DNA of 22,428 nt from an uncultured Erysipelotrichaceae bacterium (GTDB lineage: Bacteria > Bacillota_I > Bacilli_A > Erysipelotrichales > Erysipelotrichaceae). This document shows, piece by piece, positions 9,310-16,922 of the stretch (position 1 is its first letter; every line of letters starts with the position of its first letter). The stretch is taken from assembly GCA_964436975.1 (NCBI GenBank), contig CAYTET010000008.1, forward strand, positions 1-22,428, given 5' to 3'. Both the position numbers and the translations under genes were made by a program. The notes under the pieces were generated by a model. That model was not told the origin of the DNA and did no database searches. It worked only from the letters and a program-made list of their open reading frames with translations.

Positions 9310-10275
9310 ATGTTAAAAGTGCATTTTATCAATGTCGCCGAAGGCGATGCAACTTTATTTGAATTCAGTCAGCCTGACGGCATCTACCGTCTGCTGATTG
9401 ATGACGGCCATGCCCAGCTGGAACCGACTTCCGGCTCGGCCCGCAATACCGCCCTGCAGTATCTGCAGAACAGGCAGATCAGCCATCTTGACGCGCTGGT
9501 CATCACCCATCTGCATCTGGATCACTTCGGGGCCACGGCTGCTTTAGCCGAAAACATCCGGATTGATGATGTCTATGCTTCTTATTTCCCCCCCCGGGCC
9601 GATTCCTACATTGAAAATGCGGATCAGCCGGATAAGGAAAGACGCAAGCTGCAGGACTGTCTTGATCTGTGGGCCCGCAACACGGCCGCTTTGCGCCAAG
9701 CCGGCAGCCGGCTGCACACGGTTGACCAGGACACCAATATTGCCACCGCCAACGGTCTGGATATCAGGCTTATCTGCCCGTCGGCGCTAGCCCTGCAGAT
9801 GCAGCGCAAGCTGTTTGATGACATGTATGCCGGCAAGCCGCTTCAAGATAAGAATATCTTCTGGGCATCTAAATCCCGCAATCCGGCTTCGCTGCGTACT
9901 GAAATTGTCTATGCCGGCCGCCGCATTGAAATGGCTGCCGACTGCTACGGGCGGATCTGGGAGAATGAGGAGCTGTTGCCCTGTGACATTCTGAAGATTC
10001 CGCATCATGCCGATGCCAAGTCACTGACCGCTAAGCTGGTGGACAAACTGCATCCGCGCTATGCGGTCGCCACCTGCGGCAAGGATTACATTGAGCGCAA
10101 AGACCGGCCTTCCGCCAAGATGATTGCTTATCTGACGGCGGTGGATACCCGGGTCTATTTTACGGATTCATTCGCTTTTAACGGCCAGCCTGCAAACGTT
10201 TGGCCGGCAGTGATTTTTACGATTGACGACGATGGCACAATAAAAGCCCCCCAGAGTGAAGGGAAGAAAGGATAA
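9310..10275 (+). CDS. MBL-fold hydrolase, soluble ComEC/Rec2-like beta-lactamase domain
   Basis: 321 aa; VITHLHLDHFGA (HxHxDH) and LLPCDILKIPHHAD plus PRYAVATCG, typical of ComEC-type MBL domains. Confidence 0.85.
   Translation: MLKVHFINVAEGDATLFEFSQPDGIYRLLIDDGHAQLEPTSGSARNTALQYLQNRQISHLDALVITHLHLDHFGATAALAENIRIDDVYASYFPPRADSYIENADQPDKERRKLQDCLDLWARNTAALRQAGSRLHTVDQDTNIATANGLDIRLICPSALALQMQRKLFDDMYAGKPLQDKNIFWASKSRNPASLRTEIVYAGRRIEMAADCYGRIWENEELLPCDILKIPHHADAKSLTAKLVDKLHPRYAVATCGKDYIERKDRPSAKMIAYLTAVDTRVYFTDSFAFNGQPANVWPAVIFTIDDDGTIKAPQSEGKKG
10193..10202. promoter_or_regulatory. Candidate operator CAAACGTTTG, second identical copy, inside the 3' end of the MBL gene
   Basis: The 13-mer CTGCAAACGTTTG is identical to that at 4285-4297; about 75 bp upstream of the HAD gene at 10278. 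Confidence 0.35.
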
Positions 10276-10277
10276 CC

Positions 10278-11030
10278 ATGATTACTACGGTGATGTTTGA
10301 TATGGGCGGAACGCTCGAGGATATCTGTGTTGATGAAGCCTCTAAGCAGGCCGCTAACAGGCAGCTTTATAATATTCTGCTGGACTGCGGCATGGCGGCT
10401 GATACCGACCCGGCGGTTCTGCGCCAGCAGACTGAAAAAGGCTGGATCGACTATGGCTGTTACCGCGACAGCGTTGATGTCGAACTGAAGCCGGAGCATA
10501 TCTGGTGCGATTATGTACTGAAGGGCTTTGACGTCGATATGGCCAAAGTCAAGGCTAACAGCGAAAGAATCGCCAAGATGTGGGAATTAACTTATTATCA
10601 CCGTTCGCTCAGACCGCGCGTGGCGGAAATGCTGGAAGGTCTGCAGTCATTAGGCCTGCAGCTGGGCGTCATCAGCAATACGGCCGCCATGTACCAGGTC
10701 TTCTCTTCGCTGCAGGAGTACGGCATCCGCGATTATTTCAAGGATGTGACCCTGTCATCGGTGACCGGACTGCGCAAGCCCTGCCCCGACATCTTTGAAG
10801 TGTCCCTGCACCAGCTGCAGGCTTCAGCGGATGAGTGCTTCTATGTGGGCGATACCATTTCCCGGGATATTGTCGGTTCCAAGCGGGCCGGCTTTGCCGG
10901 AGCCATCCAGATCTATTCCCATCTGACGGCCATGAAGGATATCGCGGATAAATACGAGTTCAAGCCTGACTATGTCGTCGAAGACATCTATGATGTCTAC
11001 CCGCTGCTGAAAAAAGTCTTAGGCAAATAA
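10278..11030 (+). CDS. HAD superfamily hydrolase-like protein (paralog 1)
   Basis: 250 aa; motif I MFDMGGTLED, motif II VISNT, motif III LRKPCPDIF, motif IV YVGDTISRDIVG. Confidence 0.9.
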   Translation: MITTVMFDMGGTLEDICVDEASKQAANRQLYNILLDCGMAADTDPAVLRQQTEKGWIDYGCYRDSVDVELKPEHIWCDYVLKGFDVDMAKVKANSERIAKMWELTYYHRSLRPRVAEMLEGLQSLGLQLGVISNTAAMYQVFSSLQEYGIRDYFKDVTLSSVTGLRKPCPDIFEVSLHQLQASADECFYVGDTISRDIVGSKRAGFAGAIQIYSHLTAMKDIADKYEFKPDYVVEDIYDVYPLLKKVLGK

Positions 11031-11050
11031 AAACCCGTGGTTACGGGTTT
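11031..11050 (-). terminator. Terminator for the LacI-family gene, possibly bidirectional between convergent genes
   Basis: AAACCCGT-ggtt-ACGGGTTT; read leftward on the minus strand the stem is followed by a TTTTTATTT run. It overlaps the regulator's stop codon (11041-11043). Confidence 0.7.
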
Positions 11051-12081
11051 GAAGGCTGATCCGGCTTAGGATAGCCGGCTAACGGAGCGCAGGTCGACCG
11101 CTTCATCAGCGAGGGCATCAGGATCCGGTGGGTATAGCCGTCCAGATTATTCTGGATCTTGTCGACCAGGATATTGACGCATACGGATGCCAGCATTTTG
11201 ACCGGCTGTTCGATAGTGGACAGGTTGATCCGCGGCAGGGAGCTGTCCCGGATATTGTCAAAGCCTAAAAGGGAAAGATCTTCCGGGATCCGCAGCCCGA
11301 CTTCCTCAGCGGCCTGCATGACGCCAAAGGCGTTGGTATCGGTTGAGGCAAAGACGGCCGTGTAATTGCGGGGCTGGCTGAACATCTGCTTGGCCAGCAG
11401 ATAGCCGTATTTAGTGGATGAAGAAGTGAAAGTGTTGTTGCAGTACTGCGGATTCAGGCCTAAATCCTTGCAGGCCGCCGCATAGCCTTCCGCTCTGAGC
11501 TGATGGGTTATGCTGGCCTTGCGCTGGCCGAAGTACAGAATACGGCGGTGGCCCAGGCTGTACAGATATTCCACACCCATGTAGGCCCCGCGGAAATTAT
11601 CCACGGAAACATAGTTTTCCGGAGCATCGCGCATGTTCTCCCCGACAAAGACAGTGGGGACCTGGGCAATCCGCTCGCACAGATTGTCATAGCTTTCCGG
11701 TCCGACCGGCACCAGGATGATGCCGTCGACCTGCCGGCCGACCATCAGTTCAAAAAGGCTGTTCTCCTGCTGGGGGTCATAAGCCGAATTGCACAGAATG
11801 ATATTGTAACCCATGTTGCGGGCCTGCCGGTCGATATGATAGGCCAGTTCGGACATATAGGGGTTGTTGACCCCGGGCAGAATAAGACCCAGCAGCTTGG
11901 TGCTTTTGATGACCATGGCCCGGGCCACGGTATTGACCGTGTAGTTCATGTCCTTGCAGGCGGCAATAATGCGCTGGTAGGCATCCGGACTGACATTGGC
12001 ACTGCCGGACAAGGCCCGTGAGACCGTTGAATAGGATACGCCGGCCTGTTTGGCCACGTCCTTGATGGTAATTCGTTTCAT
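11041..12081 (-). CDS. LacI/GalR-family transcriptional regulator
   Basis: 346 aa from MKRITIKDVAKQAGVSYSTVSRALSGSANVS (classic LacI HTH), followed by a periplasmic-binding-like effector domain; CAGGAG RBS upstream on the minus strand. The longer 373-aa ORF start is less likely. Confidence 0.95.
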   Translation of the reverse strand: MKRITIKDVAKQAGVSYSTVSRALSGSANVSPDAYQRIIAACKDMNYTVNTVARAMVIKSTKLLGLILPGVNNPYMSELAYHIDRQARNMGYNIILCNSAYDPQQENSLFELMVGRQVDGIILVPVGPESYDNLCERIAQVPTVFVGENMRDAPENYVSVDNFRGAYMGVEYLYSLGHRRILYFGQRKASITHQLRAEGYAAACKDLGLNPQYCNNTFTSSSTKYGYLLAKQMFSQPRNYTAVFASTDTNAFGVMQAAEEVGLRIPEDLSLLGFDNIRDSSLPRINLSTIEQPVKMLASVCVNILVDKIQNNLDGYTHRILMPSLMKRSTCAPLAGYPKPDQPSNP

Positions 12082-12283
12082 GATAGCTCCTGTTATGCAA
12101 CAAAATGCACACGATAAACAGATTTTATGACATTTATTTGCATAATACAAGAGCCCCTGCAAATTGTTTCATTGCTCAAAACGGCCCAAAAAGGCCGTAA
12201 ATACCGTATTTTACGCTATAAAACAAGCTTGAAAAAGAACAGTCATGCCATAAATCAGGCATCTATTATGACTGAATTTGATA

Positions 12284-12293
12284 AAAACGTTTT
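12284..12293. promoter_or_regulatory. Candidate LacI/CcpA-like operator AAAACGTTTT
   Basis: Perfect 10-bp palindrome with a central CG in the divergent intergenic region, 30 bp upstream of the first tandem HAD gene; same AAACGTTT core as 4288 and 10193. Confidence 0.5.
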
Positions 12294-12322
12294 CGTTAAA
12301 CCACTTCAGGAGGGGGAAAGTT

Positions 12323-13078
12323 ATGATTAAAGCCGTCTTGTTTGACCTGGGAGGAACCCTGCACACGGCCAGCAGTCCGGCCGGCCGGCCGGAATGGTTT
12401 GCCCGCCGGCTGATTGACCGGCTGGCTGATTATGGCATCATTATTGATGTTTCCACCGCCCAGATGGCCGAAATACTGCATAATAACAGTGAGGAATACA
12501 AGCATGCCAGCGAAATTGATCTCAAGGAACTGCCGGCCGCCCGTATCTGGAGCGAATATTACCTGCGCCAGTTCAACATCAGTGAAAAGACCCTGGCTCC
12601 GATTGCCGAAGAACTGAGTTTTATTTATGATTACGAAAGACCGCTGGTCATGCGCCGGCCCCATCTGAATGAAACGATGAGCGGGTTAGCGGCAATGGGC
12701 ATAAGAATGGGCATGATTTCCAATATCATCTCCCGGTCGGTCGTTTCCCACTTTCTGATGGAATATGACATCGAAAAGTATATGGAGTGCATCGTCATGT
12801 CTTCGGTGACCGGTATCCGCAAGCCTTCGGCTGAAATATTCCGGGTTGCGGAAAAGGACATGGACCTGGCTCCCGAGGAGATGGCCTATGTCGGCGATAC
12901 GATTTCGCGGGATGTGCGCGGCGTGCGCAATGCCGGCTGGAAGATGATGATCCAGATCAACAACCCGGCGATTGCCTTTCGGGATGCCGGTCTGGACAAG
13001 GATGCGTATAAGCCTGACTATATGATCAGCGATCTCAGTGAAGTCGTTGAAATCATCCGTCAGGCCAATCAGCAGTAA
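12323..13078 (+). CDS. HAD superfamily hydrolase-like protein (paralog 2)
   Basis: 251 aa from ATG at 12323 (RBS caggaggggga directly upstream). Motifs LFDLGGTLHT, MISNI, IRKPSAEIF, YVGDTISRDVRG. Confidence 0.9.
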   Translation: MIKAVLFDLGGTLHTASSPAGRPEWFARRLIDRLADYGIIIDVSTAQMAEILHNNSEEYKHASEIDLKELPAARIWSEYYLRQFNISEKTLAPIAEELSFIYDYERPLVMRRPHLNETMSGLAAMGIRMGMISNIISRSVVSHFLMEYDIEKYMECIVMSSVTGIRKPSAEIFRVAEKDMDLAPEEMAYVGDTISRDVRGVRNAGWKMMIQINNPAIAFRDAGLDKDAYKPDYMISDLSEVVEIIRQANQQ

Positions 13079-13114
13079 AAAACATGGCAGCCAGATAAAT
13101 AGGGAGGTAAAACC

Positions 13115-13849
13115 ATGAAAAACAATATTGATACCATTTTCTTCGATGTCGGCAATACCCTGCGTTATGTTGTTCCCGATGCCGCCTTTTCGGCCCAGGC
13201 CGATCAGCAGCTGATGGAGCTGGTCAAGACAACCGCCAGCCACGAAGAGTTTTTTGCCGAACTGAATGCCAACTGGAAGAAATACCGCAAATGGGCCAAG
13301 GACAATCTGCTGGATGTCTCCGAGATGGAACTGTGGATGCAGTTTCTGCTGCCGGAATATGATCCGGCCATCATTGCCCCCAATGCCCCCCGGCTGACCC
13401 GGCTGTGGCGCGACCATGACGGCCGCCGGGTGCCGCATGATGATGTGGATTCTACATTGAGAGAACTGACCAACCGCGGCTACAAACTGGGCATCATTGC
13501 CAACACCATTACCGAAACCGAGATTCCGGACTGGATGTGCCATGACCAGGTTGCCGACTGTTTCAAGACGGTCATTCTGTCCTCCAAGGTCAGACTGCGC
13601 AAGCCTGATCCGGCCATCTATCTGCTGGGCGCCCGCTGCATCGATTCCAAACCGGAAGACTGCGCCTATGTGGGCGACAATGCCGTCCGGGATGTGGACG
13701 GGGCGGTTGATTCCGGCTATGGCGCCATGATCCTGTTTGAGTTTGAAGGTGTGGCCGTTGACCGGGACGGGGTATCACCCAATCACCAGCCGGATTACAA
13801 GATCGGCCATATCGGCGATCTGCTCGATCTGTTCGGGCCCAGAGGTTAA
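13115..13849 (+). CDS. HAD superfamily hydrolase-like protein (paralog 3)
   Basis: 244 aa; motifs FFDVGNTLRY, IIANT, LRKPDPAIY, YVGDNAVRDVDG; RBS gggaggtaaaacc. Confidence 0.9.
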   Translation: MKNNIDTIFFDVGNTLRYVVPDAAFSAQADQQLMELVKTTASHEEFFAELNANWKKYRKWAKDNLLDVSEMELWMQFLLPEYDPAIIAPNAPRLTRLWRDHDGRRVPHDDVDSTLRELTNRGYKLGIIANTITETEIPDWMCHDQVADCFKTVILSSKVRLRKPDPAIYLLGARCIDSKPEDCAYVGDNAVRDVDGAVDSGYGAMILFEFEGVAVDRDGVSPNHQPDYKIGHIGDLLDLFGPRG

Positions 13850-13852
13850 ATA

Positions 13853-14575
13853 ATGAAAGACATCAAGGGTGTTTTCTTTGATTTAGGCGGGACGCTGCGG
13901 ATTGCCCAGGAAGTTCCCGAACATATTCAGAAAGCCAAAAGGGCCATGGCTGATCTGGCCGGCGTTACTGATGAAAATGCCTTTTTGGAGATGATTGATA
14001 AACGCTATGAGCCCTACCGCAAATGGGCCATGACGGAATATAAGGAATGCGGGGATTTTGATCTGTGGCATATCTGGCTGCTGCCGGACATGCCGGAAGA
14101 AGAACTGCGGCCGGTCTGCCACCAGCTGACTTACCAGTACCGCCAGGTCAAAGGCCTGCGCCATCTGGTCACCCATGGTCTTGAAGTCATCAAAACGCTG
14201 CACCAGCGCGGCTACAAGCTGGGCATCATTTCCAATCTGATCGGTGAAAACGAAGTCGCCGACTGGCTCAGGGATGATGATCTGGCCCAATATTTTGATT
14301 CGGTAGTCCTTTCATCCATCTGCCATATCCGCAAGCCGGATCCGGCTATCTATGATATCGGCTGTGCCGAATTAGGTCTGAAGCCGGGCCAGTGCGCTTC
14401 GGTGGCCGACAATCTGAGCCGGGATTTTACCGGGGCTAAGGCGGCCGGCATCGGCGTCAATATTCTGTTCATCAGTCCGGAAAAGCTGGCCGGCAAAACG
14501 ATAACTGAAGAAAACCGCCCGGACATTATCATCAATGATTTCCTTGAATTGCTGGACCTGCCTTTTCTGCAGTAA
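13853..14575 (+). CDS. HAD superfamily hydrolase-like protein (paralog 4)
   Basis: 240 aa; motifs FFDLGGTLRI, IISNL, IRKPDPAIY, SVADNLSRDFTG; starts 3 bp after paralog 3. Confidence 0.9.
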   Translation: MKDIKGVFFDLGGTLRIAQEVPEHIQKAKRAMADLAGVTDENAFLEMIDKRYEPYRKWAMTEYKECGDFDLWHIWLLPDMPEEELRPVCHQLTYQYRQVKGLRHLVTHGLEVIKTLHQRGYKLGIISNLIGENEVADWLRDDDLAQYFDSVVLSSICHIRKPDPAIYDIGCAELGLKPGQCASVADNLSRDFTGAKAAGIGVNILFISPEKLAGKTITEENRPDIIINDFLELLDLPFLQ

Positions 14576-14589
14576 GGAGAAGAGATAAA

Positions 14590-15318
14590 ATGGCTGATAT
14601 AAACACGCTGTTCTTCGATTTAGGCGATACCTTCCGCGTCATCCGTCATGATGATGAATACTCCCGGGCGGCCCGGGCGCTGATCTGTGAAAAACTGGGG
14701 GTTACCGAAGATCCGGATAAGTTCTATCATGAAGTCATCGAGCCGCGCTATGACAAATACCGGCAGTGGGCTTTGACTTATTACTGTGAAGCCCCGGAAA
14801 AAGTGCTCTGGACCCGCTGGCTGGCGTATGATTATCCTAAGGATGTCGTCGAGGCGGCGGCTTCCGAGCTGACTTTTGCCTACCGGCGCACCAAAGGGGA
14901 GCGCGTGGTTACCGAAGGCGGCATTGAAACGGTTAAGGAGCTGTTTGCCCGCGGCTATAAGCTGGGCATCATCTCCGATCTGGTCGGTGTCCATGAGGTT
15001 GACCAGTGGCTTGACCACGACCAGCTGCGTCCTTATTTCAAGACGGTGCAGCAGTCCTCGCTCTGTCTGATCCGCAAGCCCCATCCGGCGATTTACTATT
15101 ATGCCATGAATGAGATCGGCTCATCCGGGGAGCAGTGCTGCTTTGTCGGCGATAACCTTAACCGCGATATCATCGGGGCCAAGGCGGCCGGCATCGGCAT
15201 GACCATCGGGGTGCGCTATCCGGGCAAAAAAGAGCAGGAAATCACCCCGGAAAATAAGCCTGATCAGTTTATAACGCATTTTTCGCAGCTGCTGGATATT
15301 TTCCCAGCGCGCGGTTAG
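14590..15318 (+). CDS. HAD superfamily hydrolase-like protein (paralog 5)
   Basis: 242 aa; motifs FFDLGDTFRV, IISDL, IRKPHPAIY, FVGDNLNRDIIG; RBS aaggagaag. Confidence 0.9.
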   Translation: MADINTLFFDLGDTFRVIRHDDEYSRAARALICEKLGVTEDPDKFYHEVIEPRYDKYRQWALTYYCEAPEKVLWTRWLAYDYPKDVVEAAASELTFAYRRTKGERVVTEGGIETVKELFARGYKLGIISDLVGVHEVDQWLDHDQLRPYFKTVQQSSLCLIRKPHPAIYYYAMNEIGSSGEQCCFVGDNLNRDIIGAKAAGIGMTIGVRYPGKKEQEITPENKPDQFITHFSQLLDIFPARG

Positions 15319-15332
15319 GAGGCAGATAGGAT

Positions 15333-16898
15333 ATGGAAAAAGAAATGAATCATGGCGGTGCGGCCCTGGCCAAAGCCGTCCGTAAAGCTTATGAGCAGAA
15401 TCAGACGGATTACTCACTGGCCCCGCTGTGTCTGGTTGATGAAAACGACCAGCCGGTGGGCAAAATAAAAGACGGCGATGCGGTTATCTTCTGCTGCCGG
15501 CGGGGCGAAAGGGAAGTTGAACTGACCGAAGCCTTCACCCAGCCTGATTTTGACAAGTTTGACCGGCCGTATCTGAGTCAGCTGCAGTTCGGCATTCTGA
15601 CGATGTATCATGAAAAATTCAAGAATCTGCCGATTGCCTTTGCCCCGGAGAAGGTGGTCATGCCGCTGGCCCAGGTCATAGCCCAGGCCGGCCTGACCCA
15701 GTTTCACTGCTCGGAATCCGAAAAGTTTGCCCATGTAACCTTCTTCTTCAACGGCGGCTATAACCAGCCCTTTGAAAAAGAGACGGATACCTGTGTGCCT
15801 TCACCCAAGGGCGTGCCGTTTGACACCGTGCCGGAATTAAGCCTGCCGGCCGTCGCCGCCAAGGTGGAAGAAGCCGTTGATACCGGCTATGATTTCATTC
15901 TGACTAACTTTGCCAACGGCGATGTTATCGGCCATACTTCCAACAGCGATGCCAAACTGCTGGCCGCCGCGGCCATCAGCAAGTATGTTGATAAAGTCGC
16001 CCATTATGCGCAGGATCACGGCTATTTGGTTGCCATCACGGCTGACCACGGCAACATTGAAACCCTGCGGACAGAAGCCGGCAAGCCGCATGTGGCCCAT
16101 ACCTGCAATCTGGTGCCCTTTATCGTGCTGGATCCGCAGCACCGGGAGATCAAGCTGCGGGACGGCTCCCTGAAGGATGTTGCCCCGACAGTGCTGTCGG
16201 TGCTGGGTCTGGATGCCCCGGCGGAAATGAGCGGACAGTCCCTGATTGAAACGGCTGATATCCATAACAAGAAAATGATACTGATTATTCTGGATGGCTG
16301 GGGTCTGGGCAGCCAGGATGACAATGACGCCATCTATCTGGCGGATACACCGGGCTGGGACAAACTGATGGCGGATTATCCGCATTCCAGCTTAGCCGCC
16401 AGCGGCCTGTATGTCGGCCTGCAGGACGGCAAGCCGGGCAACTCCGAAGCCGGCCACTGCAATATGGGCGCCGGCCGGGTCGTCGAGCAGGATGATGTCC
16501 GCATGGACAATGCCATCAAAGACGGCTCTTTCAAGACCAATCCGGTTTTCCTGAAGCTGATCGACCATGCCAAACAGTGCGGCAGCCTGCATCTGATTGC
16601 GCTGCTGACCGAAAAGTCCAGCCACGGCTGCATCGCTTATCCGCTGATGCTGGCGGAAATGGCTAAAGAAGTTCCCCATGTCTATTTCCACATCATCTTT
16701 GACGGCCGCAGCACCGAACCGGGCAGTGCCCCGGCGCTGCTGGAAAAGCTGGATGGCCAACTGGCCCAGATTGGAACCGGCCTGGTGGTTGACGGCATCG
16801 GCCGCGGCATTATTCTGGACCGCGACGGCAACTATGCCCGCATTGAAACGGGCTACCGGGAACTGACCGAAGGTAAGGGGATCCCTTATCATTTATAG
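15333..16898 (+). CDS. Circularly permuted cofactor-independent phosphoglycerate mutase-like protein (alkaline phosphatase superfamily)
   Basis: 521 aa. Residues ~11-305 match the C-terminal part of canonical GpmI (GKIKDGDAVIF, SESEKFAHVTFFFNGG, NFANGDVIGHT, ITADHGN, VAHTCNLVPFI, LKDVAPTVLSVLG, EMSGQSLI). Residues 315-521 match the canonical N-terminal part (MILIILDGWGL, GKPGNSEAGHCNMGAGRVV, IKDGSF, HIIFDGRS, GRGIILDRD). Confidence 0.88.
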   Translation: MEKEMNHGGAALAKAVRKAYEQNQTDYSLAPLCLVDENDQPVGKIKDGDAVIFCCRRGEREVELTEAFTQPDFDKFDRPYLSQLQFGILTMYHEKFKNLPIAFAPEKVVMPLAQVIAQAGLTQFHCSESEKFAHVTFFFNGGYNQPFEKETDTCVPSPKGVPFDTVPELSLPAVAAKVEEAVDTGYDFILTNFANGDVIGHTSNSDAKLLAAAAISKYVDKVAHYAQDHGYLVAITADHGNIETLRTEAGKPHVAHTCNLVPFIVLDPQHREIKLRDGSLKDVAPTVLSVLGLDAPAEMSGQSLIETADIHNKKMILIILDGWGLGSQDDNDAIYLADTPGWDKLMADYPHSSLAASGLYVGLQDGKPGNSEAGHCNMGAGRVVEQDDVRMDNAIKDGSFKTNPVFLKLIDHAKQCGSLHLIALLTEKSSHGCIAYPLMLAEMAKEVPHVYFHIIFDGRSTEPGSAPALLEKLDGQLAQIGTGLVVDGIGRGIILDRDGNYARIETGYRELTEGKGIPYHL

Positions 16899-16922
16899 AA
16901 GTGAGCAAAGGAGAATATAATC

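Noticed and set aside
12278-12322. N-terminal extension MIKTFSLNHFRRGKV of HAD paralog 2
   Set aside because: The strong caggaggggga RBS lies inside this stretch and points to the ATG at 12323, which also aligns with the other HAD N-termini.
12686-13543. 285-aa minus-strand ORF opposite HAD paralogs 2 and 3
   Set aside because: It is antisense to well-supported HAD genes with conserved motifs and has no recognisable domain; long shadow ORFs are expected in this codon usage.
15333-16898. Fusion or tandem duplication of two different phosphatase-family genes
   Set aside because: The two segments carry complementary, non-overlapping parts of a single iPGM and sum to one enzyme length, so permutation fits better than duplication or fusion of complete domains.
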